The translations under genes were made by a program, and so were the position numbers. This document shows positions 13,053 through 24,429 of a stretch of DNA of 64,000 bases, in pieces. Numbering within the stretch: the first letter of the stretch is position 1; the number at the start of each line of letters is the position of its first letter. The stretch is from assembly GCA_030704615.1 (NCBI GenBank), contig CM060733.1, positions 15,128,001 through 15,192,000 on the forward strand, in the 5' to 3' direction. Below the pieces are notes generated by a model. It was given only the letters and a program-made list of their open reading frames with translations, had not been told where the DNA came from and did no database searches. The DNA is from Takakia lepidozioides (taxonomy: Eukaryota; Plantae; Bryophyta).

Positions 13053-13430
13053 AACAGTCAGTAGCTCAGTTGAATAGTGCACTGAGTATCACCTAGATGA
13101 TTCTGGGGTCAAAAAATCCTGTTACCTTGATGGGTGTTGTATGTTCTTCTCCCCCTTCCCTGGGGCGGTGTCCCATGTGAAAGCCTTCATGGCGAGGTTA
13201 CTGTGAAAGAGGTTATTTTTTTCTCTCACTATAATCAAGGGGCCTGATTTGTGAGTTGTCACTCCTAGGTGTTTCTCTTTATTTTTTTTTAAGAAAAAGA
13301 AGAAGATTGGTTACGGGGTTGTATCCCCTTAATACGCTTTACGGCTTGTATCTAATGGTATTTTTTTTCCCGTTCCCTTTAATCTCTCTCCAGGGCCACT
13401 GTCCCCTGTTTTTAAAAGAAAAAAAAAGAC
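13053..13430 (+). mobile_element. Putative tRNA-derived SINE head joined to a LINE-type 3' tail
   Basis: A-box-like GTAGCTCAGTTGAATAG (13061); degenerate B-box GGGGTCAAAAAATCC; then the LINE tail motifs GAGGTTATTTTTT and CAGGGCCACTGTCCCCTG plus an A-rich end. Confidence 0.45.
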
Positions 13431-14656
13431 TGTCGAACAAGTCAAAATCTTAGTACCTAGCAAAAATTAACGTGTATCAACTTGGTATTAACCATGTATC
13501 AACCTGGTATTGGCTAGGATATTAGAATATTTTCTGTCCAATGATATCAGCATGGTAGGTTCCTCATTTAGGTATCGGAACTCTTCATACCAACCGGGTA
13601 GGTACCAGTGTTGGGTGGTTATTTAAATTTCTCTTTAATACCCGGCGGTTACCTATCCGGTAAGTTATATATATATATGACCAATGGAGGCAAAAAAAAT
13701 GAAGCAACCGGCCGTTAGGAACCGGCGCAGGTCAGGCATTGGCAAATAACCGAGCAAAGAACCTTTTAAAGAACTGCCCAATACCCGCGGTTATCTCATG
13801 AAAACCACCGGTTATTTGAGGTTTTTGCAAGGTTTTAGCAGGGCCACCGTCCCCTGTTCAGGTTTAAAAATAAAAATAAAAAATAAAAAATCGTAACTGT
13901 AGGTTATATCTAGCTATAAAAAGATAGAATGACGCCAGACCATTTATTTATTTATTTTATTTTAAGACCACTTCTAGACTCAAGTGCAAGAACGACTTGG
14001 AGTTGCACATAGCAATAAAAGATTTAATAGTTTATCTTCATATTTTAATCATTTGTTTAGTTATTTTTAGTATTCATCTTTTTAGTCATAACCGAAACTT
14101 ATTAGTCATTAAAAGTTATATTACTGTACGAATTAAATCAACACATATTTACATTTAAAAATAATAAAACATTATTCAAAATTCTTTTATACAACCAGTC
14201 ACTTATAACTAGACCATGCTCTTAAACAAGTATGTTATATATATATATATATATGTATATTCAAAGATCTATCGCACAACATTCAGTCTCACTTTCATTT
14301 TCTAAACATCTAAAGATCGGACTTGTAACAATCTGATTCTAAGTATTTCAATCTTCTTTCTACTGTAATTAATTAAGAGAGTCGGACTATAGGCAACATT
14401 GTCAAAAACTGCGGAAGATGTACAGGTATTTTTGAAGAGGCTAAGGGAGATCATGAGAGACTTGAAAACTCTAAAAGAAAAGAATATTTCCTAAGGGAAA
14501 TAGAAAAAATATAAACTACTATAATAAATGTATCAACTCTGGTCATTATATTTATGAATCACATATACTATTTATTGGTATGTACCGACAAAATTGGTAG
14601 GTTGTCATCATTTATTATAATTAAAACAAAAATTTATTTTCGATAAACGTTCATAC

Positions 14657-15558
14657 CAGTGTTGTGCGGGTTCTGCCTTTTTAAGGAACCCGCCGGGGTC
14701 CGGGTGCGGGTTTTTTTTCGGAGTCAAGTCCGGGTCCGGATCCGGTTTTGAAATTTGGAAAATCCGGGTTGGGGTTCGGGTCCGGGTTCGTCAGCACGGA
14801 CTCAGGTTAGGGTCCGGGTAGTTGTTGGGAAATATTAGCGGGTTCACGGGTTCGGATCCGGGTCCTAATTTATTTGATTAAAAAAAAGATTAATTAGGGA
14901 TAAAATTATTTTTGGCTGGAAAAAACTTTAAATCCTAATAATGAATTTTATTTTAAGAGACATTCCTTCAAATATACCATGAATATGAATATGTATACCA
15001 TGAATAAGAATTAAAATAGAAGTTTGAGTTCCATTTTCTATTTTCCAATATCAATTCTTTAAACATGTTAAGAATAGTAATATGCCTCAAGGATAGACTA
15101 TAGCATGGATGTGTGGGATCTGGCCTAATAATAATATAAGACGCCTCCTTTGGGATGTGTAAATTATGGTCCCATAGGGCACAACTTTGTGACACCACTC
15201 CGTGGATTGAACCCACAACCGCTTTTGAGGTGGTATGTGGGCATTACCACTGGTGGGGCTGGCTGCTGCGGCCTATTGCTGCTCGTCCCCTCCACACATA
15301 TGACAAAACCTACCAAATCTAAGGTGGACCTGCATGCCCCATCTAAAATTAAGACCCGGACTCTGATCCGCTACATTGGCCCGCATGTAGAGGGTTCAAG
15401 AGATTCTGGACCCAGCAGGCGGGTCCGGTTCCGAGTTCATTTTAGAAATGAACCCCGGTCAGGGTCCGGGTTTTTGTGATAGCACGGTCCGGGTGCGGGT
15501 AACCCGGATCCTAACCCATCGGGTACACGCCTTCAAAACCAGGACCCGCACAACACTG
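14657..15558. mobile_element. hAT-family MITE (902 bp) with a perfect 8-bp TSD
   Basis: TIRs CAGTGTTGTGCGGGTTCTG and CAGGACCCGCACAACACTG; TSD GTTCATAC at 14649-14656 and 15559-15566; many (T)CCGGGT subterminal repeats; empty site in the duplicate copy near 15909. Confidence 0.92.
15127..15265 (-). mobile_element. Diverged tRNA-derived SINE nested in the MITE (same family as 34765-34927)
   Basis: Aligns to the 34765-34927 SINE (gacgcctcc..gtaaattat..cgtggattgaacccacaacc..gtggtatgtg..cattaccactgg). Confidence 0.7.
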
Positions 15559-15999
15559 GTTCATACATCCATTTGTAATGCATTGACATCATTTTTTGAA
15601 ATAAATCTTTACATATTAGTACCTATGTTAAAAATAGAAAAAAAGTAAGATATTATTTATAACTGCCTCCTTAGGATTGCCCTAAGGAGTCCAAAGGGGG
15701 GGAAAAGGAAATATGTAAATTATTGTTTATAACTCTAAAAGAAAAGAATATTTCCTAAGGGAAATAGAAAAAATATAAACTACTATAATAAATGTATAAA
15801 CTTTGGTCATTATATGAATTAAATATACTATTTATTGGTATGTACCCACAAAATTGGTAGGTTGTCATCATTTATTATAATTAAAACAAAATTTTATTTT
15901 TGATAAACGTTCATACATCCATTTGTAATGCACTGACATCCTTTTTTGAAATAAATTTTTACGTGTTAGCACCTATGTTAAAAATAGAAAAATAGTAAG

Positions 16000-17780
16000 A
16001 TATTATTTATAGTTGCCCTTAGGACTCCATAGGATTGCCCTAAAGAGTCCTAATGGGAGGAAAAAATGGAAATATGTAAATTATTATTTAGAATTGTCCT
16101 TAGGACTGCTTAGGGCAGCCCTAAGCAGTCCTAAGGGGCAGGATGAAAACATATATATTATTATTTATAATTACCCTTAGGACTTCTTAGGACACTCCTA
16201 AGGAGTCCTAAGAGGAAAAAAATGGAAAGACATAAATATTTGCCCTTAAGACCCGCTTAGGCAGCCTAAGGGGTTATAAGAGAGGAGAATGGAAACATAT
16301 AAATTATTATCTATAATTGCCCTTAGGACTCCTTAGGGCGGCCCTAAGGAGTCCTAAAAGGGGGAAAATAGAAATATATAATTATAGGAAAATAAAAACA
16401 TATATATTATTATTTATAATTACTCTTAGGACTTCTTAGGATAGTCCTAAGGAGTCCTAAGAGGAAAAAAATTGAAAGACATAAATAATTGCCCTTAAGA
16501 GCCGTTTAGGTAACCTAAGGAGTTATAAGAGGGGGAAAATGGAACATATAATTATTATCTATAATTGCCCTTAGAACTGCCCTAAGGAGTCCTAAGAGAG
16601 GAAAATATAAATTATTATTATAATTGCCCTTATGACTCCTTAAGGCGGCCCTAAGGAGTCCTAAGAGAAGGAAAATGAAAACATATAAATTATTATTTAT
16701 AATTATCCTTAGGGCTTTTTAGGACAGTCCTAAGGAGTCATAAGAGAAGAAAAATGGAAAGACATAAATAATTGTCCTTAAGACCCGTTTAGGCAACCTA
16801 AGGGGTTATAAGAGGGAGAAAATAGAAACGTGTAAATTATTATTTTATAATTGCCCTCAGGACTCCTCAAGAAGGCCCTAAGAAGTCCGAAGGGAGGGGA
16901 AAATAAAAACGCATAAATTATTATTTATAATTAGCCTTAGGGCTTCATTGGACAGTCCTAACTGAGTCCTAAGATGAGAAAAACGGAAAGACATAAATCA
17001 TTGCCCTTAAGACCCGTTTAGGCAACCTAAGAGATTATAAGAGGGGGGACATATAAATTATTATCTATAATTGCCCTTAGGACTGCTTAGGGCCGTCCTA
17101 AGGAGTCCCAAGAAGGGGAAAATTAAAAGATGTAAATTATTATTTATAATCTCCTTAGGACGGCCCTAAAGAGGAAAAATAAAAATATATAAATTGTTAT
17201 TTATAATTGCCCTTAGGACTCTTTTGGGCCGCCCTAAAGAGTCCTAAGAAGGGAAAAAATAAAAACATATAAATTATTATTTATAATTACCCTTATGACT
17301 TCTTAGGACAGTCCTTAGAGGAGAAAAATGGAAAGATGTAAATAATCGTCCGTAAGACCCGTTTCAGTAGTCTAAGAGAGGGAAAATATAAACATATAAA
17401 TTATTATCTATAATTGCCTTTAGGACTCCTTAGGGCCGTCCTAAGGAGTCCTAAGAAGGGGAAAATTGAAAGATGTAAATTATTATTTATAATTTCCCTT
17501 AGGACTCCTTAGGGCGCCCTAAAGAGTCTTAAGAGTGGGAAAATAGAATCATATAAATTATAATAGCCTCCTAAGAGGGGGAAAATGGAAAGATGTATTT
17601 TTTTATTTATAATTGTCATTAGGACTCCTTAGGGCGGCCCTAAGGAGTCCTAAGAGGGGAAAATAAAAAGATGCAAATTATTATTTTTATTGCTTTTAGG
17701 ACTCCTTAGGGCAACCCTAAGGAGTCCTAAGGGCAACCCTAAGGAGTCCTAAGGGCAACCCTAAGGAGTCCTAAGGGGGG
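16000..17780. repeat. Tandem satellite of ~75-80-bp monomers, each with a long palindrome
   Basis: Core CTTAGGACTCCTTAGGGC-G-GCCCTAAGGAGTCCTAAG (18-bp arms) plus a GGAAAA..TAAATTATTATTTATAATTG spacer; roughly 20+ monomers in 3 variant types; 22-bp triplet at 17708-17775. Confidence 0.92.
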
Positions 17781-18049
17781 GGGGGGAAATATATATCAAC
17801 TTTAAGAATCACATGTACTATTATTTTGTAGGTGACACCATTTATTACAATTAAAACAAGATTTTGTCTTCGATAAACGATCATACAGCTATTTGTAATG
17901 CACCGACATCCATTTTTAAATAAACCTTCATAAGTTAGTACCTATTCAAAAAGTGTGTGAGATAAGGTTAATAAATAACAACTTTTCATTATGTTTTCAT
18001 CCAATTATTTTATTTTTCATTCATTCTTTTTAGACTGTACCTCATTTTT

Positions 18050-19150
18050 TCCCCTATAAGTATAGAAAACGAGGATCATTTTTTTTTCCTTCTTCTGCAA
18101 GTTGTTTGCAGACAATAGATCTCTTAGTTTTGCTCTTTTACCTTCGTTTTTGTGTTTCTTCTTTGTTTCTGTTGCTTGTTTATGTTTCTCTGTCCTTTCG
18201 ATTCTTTGACAATGTTTTTTAGTTCTTTTTAGTAGTTTCATTTGTCTTTCTTCGTCACTTTTGGTTCTCTGTTTATGTTTCTTTCTAAAATCTATTCTTT
18301 GTCTTTCTGTGTGAGTTTTTCGATAGAATAGAACTTTCTCTTCTTCTTTTCTTTCATTCTGTTGTCTTTTTTTCCTTTGAAAACTCTATAAATATGCAGA
18401 ACGAGGATCATTTCCTTCACTTTCTTCTGCAAGCAAGCTTTTTGTATAGAATAGAATTGTCTCTGAGTTCTGCTCCTTTGCCATCGTTTGTGTTTCTTCT
18501 TTGCTTCTGTTGTTTGTTTATGTTTATTTGTTCTTTCGGTTCTGTTGCAAAATAGAATTGTCTCTTAGTTCTTCTCAGTAGCCTTCATTTGTTTTTTCCT
18601 TTCACTTTCTGTTCTTTGTTTATGTTTCTTCCTTATCTCTGTTCTTTGTATTTATGTGTGAGTTGTTCAGCGGAATAGAACTGTTTATTCATTCTTTCTG
18701 TTTCGTTTTGTTTTCTTTCCTCCTTGTTTGTGTTTCTTCTTTGCTTTTGTTGTTTGTTTATGTTGCTTTGTTCTTTTGGTTCTATGGCTAAATGAACTGT
18801 CTCCTAGTTTTAGTTCTGAGTAGCCTTCATTTGTTTTTTTCCTTCGCTTTCTGTTCTCTATTCTTTGTATTTATGTGTGAATTCTTTTTCGTTTTGTTTC
18901 TTTCCTCTTCGTTTGTCTTTGTTCTTTGCTTCCGTTGTTTGTTTATGTTTCTTTTTTTTTCGGTTCTGTGGCAAAATAGACATGTCTCCTAGTTCTTCTG
19001 AGTAGCCTTCATTTATTTTTTCTTTCACTTTCTATCTTTGTTTATGTTTTTTTAAAAATATCTGTTCTTTGTATTTCTGTGTGAGTTGCTCAGCAAAATA
19101 GAAGTTTCCCTTCTTTCTCTTCATTTTTTCTCTTCGTTCTTTCTCTTTCG
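18050..19150. repeat. Pyrimidine-rich degenerate tandem repeats
   Basis: Recurrent units such as gcaaaatagaattgtctc..agtagccttcattt..tgtgtgagtt and tttgtgtttcttctttgcttctgttg. Confidence 0.75.
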
Positions 19151-20060
19151 TTATTTTATTTTATTTTATTTATTTATTTAACTTCTTCTAACATATTTGA
19201 CACACTACCAAAAACACTATCTTATATTTCCAAGAAATCATCAAAATTCATTACACTGTGATTATGCCACTTGAATGTTACATCATAATCTATAGTGTAT
19301 ATGATATTCAAGCATGATATCAATATAGTATATACAACTTAGAGATTATACATATTTAATTATAATCAGAAATATATATATATAGTAAAAATAAGTATAT
19401 GAAAAACAAATATTTATATTATATTAAATAAAAATTAAATAATAAGTAAAATATATTTTAAAATCTAGCTATAATCTAACGACGTCGCTACATAAATCAA
19501 CTATCATTCTATTCATCAACCAGTCAATTATCATTCCATCTATTATCATAAATCAATCATTATCAGTTACAATCATGTGTTATTTTTACTTACTACATAA
19601 TTATTTATTCATATCACTTTATCTTATCATTGCATTTTCATATTTTAAAAATTAAAATTAGAATATTTATATTATTTTTATAAATAAATATACTAAAATA
19701 TTTATTAAAACGAACCAATGTTATAGTATATTTATTTATTTAAACATAATGATGTATATTATTTATTATAAAAATAAAAATATTATCAATTTATATCATG
19801 CTTTCAATGTCAGATTCACCAATCCAATTTAAATCTAATAAATCAAGTTATCTATCATATTACATCTCAAAAATTCAAATATACTATTTATATTAACAAA
19901 GTTAATTTAATTTAATTTAATTTAATACTAACGTATAATAATTTATAAATTTTTATATAATAATATAATATGTAATAAATATTTTAAATATAAATAAATA
20001 AATCAAATTATTTATTATATTATATTTCAAAATCTCCAATTTGTTTTTAACCTTTATGGT
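19150..20060. other. Extremely AT-rich low-complexity tract
   Basis: Very few G/C over ~900 bp; (TTAAT)n run near 19903. Confidence 0.8.
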
Positions 20061-20299
20061 TAATCTTAAGGCCTTTGGGCCATAATTTGTATGCTATAAT
20101 GGATAGCTATAAGGGTTTGAATCCCTATACATTTTTTTTTTTTTTTTTGTGAAAACCAGGGCTGAACCAGTCCATTCTGATATAGGAGTTCATATTCATA
20201 TGTTGTATAATGTGTATATATCCATATATATACATCAAATATGACATGTATAATATTGATCGTAATCTGATATACCAATCCAATAAGCAATAAAAAATC

Positions 20300-21115
20300 G
20301 TTAGAGTGATTCTAAGAAATTCTTAGAGTGAATGTGTTGTTTTTTAATCACTCTAAAAAAATCCTTAGAGCGGCTTAGATCGGCTCTAAGGGATCCTTAG
20401 AGCGATTGCAAAAAACAATATAGTTTATTCTGTTTTCTTGCTCTAAGTAATGCTTTGGATCAAATGTGAATAGCCATTTAGTTTTTTTTTTGTTTTCCCG
20501 CTCTAATAAATCCTTAGAGCGGCTATGAAGGATCCTTAGAGCAAATACAAATTGCAAGTTAGCTTTTTCTGTTTCCCCGCTGTAGAAAATCTTAGAGCGG
20601 CTTAGAGCGGCTCTAAGGGATCCTTAGAGCGAATGTAAATAGCTATTTATCTTTGTTTATTTTCTTACTCTAAGTAATACTTAGATCGAATGTAAATAGC
20701 AAATTAATTTTGTCTGTTTTTCCACTCTAAAAAACCCCTAGAGCGGCTCTAAAGGATTCTTAGAGCGAATATAAATAGCAATTTAGCTATTTATGTTTTC
20801 CCGCTGTATGAAATCCTTAGAGTGGCTTAGAGCGGCTCTAAGGATCCTTAGAACGAACGTAAATAGCAATTTAGCTTGTTCTACATTGGCTCTAAGGATA
20901 TTAAGGGATTGTTAGAATAAATGTAAAAAATATGTTAAGGTTTATCTTCTTGACCGATTTGTTTCCCGCTCTATGAAATCCTTAGAACGGCTTAGAACAC
21001 TATAAGGGATCCTTACAATGAACGTAAATAGCAATTTATTTTTTTATATTTTTTTGCAATTTAAGAGATCCTTACATTGGCTCTAAGGGATCATTAGAAT
21101 AAATGTAAAAAATAT
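20300..21115. repeat. Second palindromic tandem array
   Basis: Units with CCTTAGAGCGGCTTAGAGCGGCTCTAAGGGATCCTTAGAGCG plus T-rich spacers; core palindrome CTTAGAGC-G-GCTCTAAG. Confidence 0.88.
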
Positions 21116-21489
21116 GTTAGGGTTTTTCTTCTTGGTCATGGTTGACTGTTGAGGCCGTATGACACCCTTTGAGATTTAACTCTTCTTCCCCTTCAATAAT
21201 TCAACTATTAACAATATAGTTATTTGGTTAAAAATAATGTGATTTTTTGGCTTAAATATATTAGGGTTTAGCCAGAACTTGTCGATGTGGCCTTTTGTCT
21301 TGCCGAGAAACAAAAACTTGGCACTAGCTGGCATCCTAAAAATTTAATAACCGCAACCGCAGGTTAATAGTTTCTTAAATTTTGAAGCAACTGGAACCGC
21401 CGGTTATGAGAAAAATCAAATAACCACCCAACGCCGGTACGTTGTGACCAACCAACGCATATTTCTCCCCGCATTTGCATAGAAGCAGG

Positions 21490-21749
21490 CTAAGTCGCTT
21501 GTAAAGAACTGCCAAAAAACTTTGTTTGTATTTATCGTGCCTTTAAGAAGCAGAATTCCTCGGGGTGCATTCCACTTGGCGGAATGCACCCTATCAGCTC
21601 CATCAAGTGCATTCCCAAGGCCATTCTGAAATGCAGAATGCACCGGCCATTAGATTTTCTTAAAGAAAATTTTGGCATTTCTTTACGTAGGGTAACGGCC
21701 TTCGTGTGGGGCATTCCCGGATTTAAGGGCGTGACGCATTACCCTATAC
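21490..21749. repeat. Dispersed element upstream of TypA; inverted homolog at 31596-31760
   Basis: Reverse complement gaattctgcttcttaaaggcacgataaatacaaacaaag matches 31688 gaattctacttttaacggcacgataaatacaaacaaaa; shared terminus ATTACCCTATAC / GTATAGGGTAAT; GAATGCAC motifs. Confidence 0.7.
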
Positions 21750-22084
21750 CTAATTGCAAAATCTAGGAGAGAAGGCTGCAATGGAGCCACGTTCCAGTTG
21801 GAATGTGTGCTGTGGCAGATTAGGGCTACGGGGAACGGCGTGTGGAGGAGTGTGTGGCCTGCGAGTCTCTGCGTAACAAGAGCGACGGTGATCCAGAGGA
21901 TATTCCGATAAGTAATAACTTATGTGTGGAAGGGGCCGCTCGCCGCCCTCCTTTATACCGCGTGTCTCTCCTGCGCTGTGCCTTCCATCTCGCTCTCGTC
22001 TATGGACTCTGAGCCTTGAGAGGAGAGCTTGCAGCGTCCCTGCTGGGCCTTTGCGAGGAGTCTCCACGCAACGCACCTGGAGCA

Positions 22085-24154
22085 ATGGCCGGGCTTGGGA
22101 TGGCAGGCGGCGTGCTGCAATGGGGCCAGGGAGTGAGCGGCAAGCAGGCTGCTGCTGCTGCGTCCAGACATTCAGGCGCGTGCTGCGTGAGGCCACCAAG
22201 AGGGCTGAAATTAGGGGCTGCGGAGATGCTGGGCGTGTCGTTGTGCAGTCAGACGGGATGGGAAAGATTGCGTGATAGTCACTCGGTTGGTGTGGCGCGT
22301 TGTACTCTCGCAACGGAAGCTGAGCCCCCACAAGCAAAGGAAGAGCGCAAGTTGAAGGTGAGAAAGGATGTGAGGAACATTGCTATCATAGCCCACGTCG
22401 ACCATGGAAAAACGACTTTGGTGGACGGCATGCTTCGACAATCCAAGGTGTTTCGCGATAATCAAGCAATGCAGGAGCGCATCATGGATTCGAATGACTT
22501 GGAAAGGGAGCGTGGAATTACGATATTGAGTAAGAACACAGCCATTCGCTACAAGGGCACCAAAATTAACATCATTGACACGCCTGGGCATTCGGACTTT
22601 GGTGGTGAGGTGGAGCGGGTGCTGAACATGGTGGATGGGGTCCTCCTGCTGGTGGATTCTGTGGAGGGGCCAATGCCGCAGACGCGGTTTGTGTTGAAGA
22701 AAGCCCTAGAGCTGGGTCACACAGTGGTGGTGGTAGTGAACAAGGTAGACCGGGCATCAGCACGGCCTGAGTATGTGGTCAACACCACCTTTGAGCTCTT
22801 CCTGGAGCTCAATGCAACTGATGAACAGTGTGACTTCCAGGTAGTGTACGCCAGTGGTATTCAAGGTAGAGCTGGTTTGGAGCCCAACATGTTGGCAGAT
22901 GATTTGGAGCCCCTGTTTGAGACAGTGCTGCGTGTCGTCCCAGAACCACGGGTTGACGCTGACGGTCCTCTACAGATGCTTATCACCAATCTGGATTACG
23001 ATGAGCACAAGGGTCGCATTGCAATTGGACGTGTGCACGCTGGTGAAATTAAAAGGGGATTGGAAGTCAAGGTGTGCACACCGGATGGACCTTGTAGGCC
23101 TGCGAAAATAAGTGAGCTCTTCGTGTATGATAACTTCATTCGAGTGCCAGCTGAAGCTGTGGCGGCTGGGGACATTTGCGCACTTAGCGGCATCAGTGAT
23201 GTCCTTATAGGGGAAACATTGGCAGATAAACTGGACGGAACAGCTTTGCCCACAATAAAGGTTGAGGAGCCAACTGTGAAGATGTCCTTCTCTGTCAACG
23301 TCTCGCCCTTTTCTGGCCGCGAGGGTAAGTATGTTACAAGTAGAAACTTACGGGATCGCCTGTATCGGGAGCTGGAGAGGAACTTGGCAATGAAAGTAGA
23401 AGATGGTGAAACTGCGGATACCTTTATCGTCAGTGGCCGTGGCACGCTCCATATAACCATTCTGATTGAGAATATGAGAAGAGAGGGCTATGAGTTCATG
23501 ATTGGCCCACCCAAGGTCATTAACAGGGAAGTCAAGGGAAAGCGGCTTGAGCCATTTGAGGATGCCATAGTGGAGGTTCCTGAAGAATATGTGGGTGGAG
23601 TCGTTGATATGTTAGGCAAACGGCGTGGTCAGATGCTTGACATGCAGGCCTCTGGACTGGAAAACACAACTGTCGTCAAGTATAGGATGCCAACAAGAGG
23701 CTTGCTTGGTCTTCGCAATGCCATGCTCACTGCATCAAGAGGCACTGCTATTCTAAACACTGTGTTTCACGGATATGGTGAGTGGGCTGGCGACATTAGC
23801 ACCCGTGAACAAGGCTCACTGGTGGCATTTGAGACAGGGACTACAACCTCATATGCGCTGTTCAGTTGTCAGGAAAGAGGGCAGCTATTTTTGGCCCCTG
23901 GGGTTGATGTCTACAAGGGCCAAATTATTGGCATTCATCAGCGACCTGGAGACTTGTCTTTGAATGCCTGCAAGCGAAAAGCAGCCACTAATGTGCGCTC
24001 CAACAAGGAGGCAACGGTGGTATTGGCATCCCCTATTGATTTTAGCTTGGACGATTGTGTGGAGTACATCCAAGAAGATGAGCTGGTGGAGGTCACACCT
24101 TTGAGTGTGCGAATGTGCAAGAATCCAAAGTTGCAAAAGAAGGGTGGTAAATGA
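22085..24154 (+). CDS. typA: Plastid-targeted translational GTPase TypA/BipA (SVR3-like), intronless, ~689 aa
   Basis: [18 protein letters not shown] (G1), RGITI, DTPGH, NKVD, GRGTLH, PTRGLLG and [13 protein letters not shown]; N-terminal transit-peptide-like extension; first ATG at 22085. Confidence 0.96.
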   Translation: MAGLGMAGGVLQWGQGVSGKQAAAAASRHSGACCVRPPRGLKLGAAEMLGVSLCSQTGWERLRDSHSVGVARCTLATEAEPPQAKEERKLKVRKDVRNIAIIAHVDHGKTTLVDGMLRQSKVFRDNQAMQERIMDSNDLERERGITILSKNTAIRYKGTKINIIDTPGHSDFGGEVERVLNMVDGVLLLVDSVEGPMPQTRFVLKKALELGHTVVVVVNKVDRASARPEYVVNTTFELFLELNATDEQCDFQVVYASGIQGRAGLEPNMLADDLEPLFETVLRVVPEPRVDADGPLQMLITNLDYDEHKGRIAIGRVHAGEIKRGLEVKVCTPDGPCRPAKISELFVYDNFIRVPAEAVAAGDICALSGISDVLIGETLADKLDGTALPTIKVEEPTVKMSFSVNVSPFSGREGKYVTSRNLRDRLYRELERNLAMKVEDGETADTFIVSGRGTLHITILIENMRREGYEFMIGPPKVINREVKGKRLEPFEDAIVEVPEEYVGGVVDMLGKRRGQMLDMQASGLENTTVVKYRMPTRGLLGLRNAMLTASRGTAILNTVFHGYGEWAGDISTREQGSLVAFETGTTTSYALFSCQERGQLFLAPGVDVYKGQIIGIHQRPGDLSLNACKRKAATNVRSNKEATVVLASPIDFSLDDCVEYIQEDELVEVTPLSVRMCKNPKLQKKGGK

Positions 24155-24429
24155 GGATGTGCAGTAGCAAGCAACATCTTGTCTTGTCAAACTTGGGACA
24201 CCACTTTCATTGACCGCCACATTGTGACACTAAATGAGTTAGAACCACACTAAACAAAAAAGAAAAAACTATTCTTAAGGCGTGGTGCACCCCCTAGACC
24301 ACCCAACGCTGACATTCAAAAAACCCCAGAGGCAGGAGCTTTGGAGTCTTAATTAGGCTTTGCCCTCCAGTAACATTCAAAGGAATGTCATTGACAAATG
24401 TATTGAACTTGTAAATGTATTTTTGCTTC

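Larger units (their letters stand above)
14468..16050. repeat. Tandem duplication of a ~330-360-bp AT-rich unit; first copy split by a MITE, third partial copy at ~17800-17950
   Basis: aactctaaaagaaaagaatatttcctaagggaaatag... recurs at 14468 and 15731 with high identity. Confidence 0.85.
13606..21436. mobile_element. Putative large non-autonomous hAT-like element (or two halves) enclosing the repeat block
   Basis: Left TIR CAGTGTTGGGTGGTTATTT, right TIR AAATAACCACCCAACGCCG (17/19 match); AACC(G)CCGGTT subterminal motifs at both ends; flanks GTAGGTAC and GTACGTTG match only 5/8. Confidence 0.4.

Noticed and set aside
16000-17780. CRISPR-like array (palindromic repeat plus spacer)
   Set aside because: Spacers are homologous to each other rather than unique, repeats are degenerate, there are no cas genes and the context is eukaryotic
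18017-18992. K/E-rich and F/L-rich ORFs
   Set aside because: Translation artefacts of pyrimidine-rich tandem repeats
22016-22084. Longer TypA start from the ORF track
   Set aside because: Begins at TTG; the first ATG in frame is 22085
22085-24154. Bacterial contamination or recent HGT explaining the intronless TypA
   Set aside because: It has a transit-peptide-like extension and plant SVR3-type sequence, and is contiguous with spliced plant genes
22211-24220. Antisense and alternative-frame ORFs over TypA
   Set aside because: Shadow ORFs of a GC-balanced coding region with no recognisable motifs
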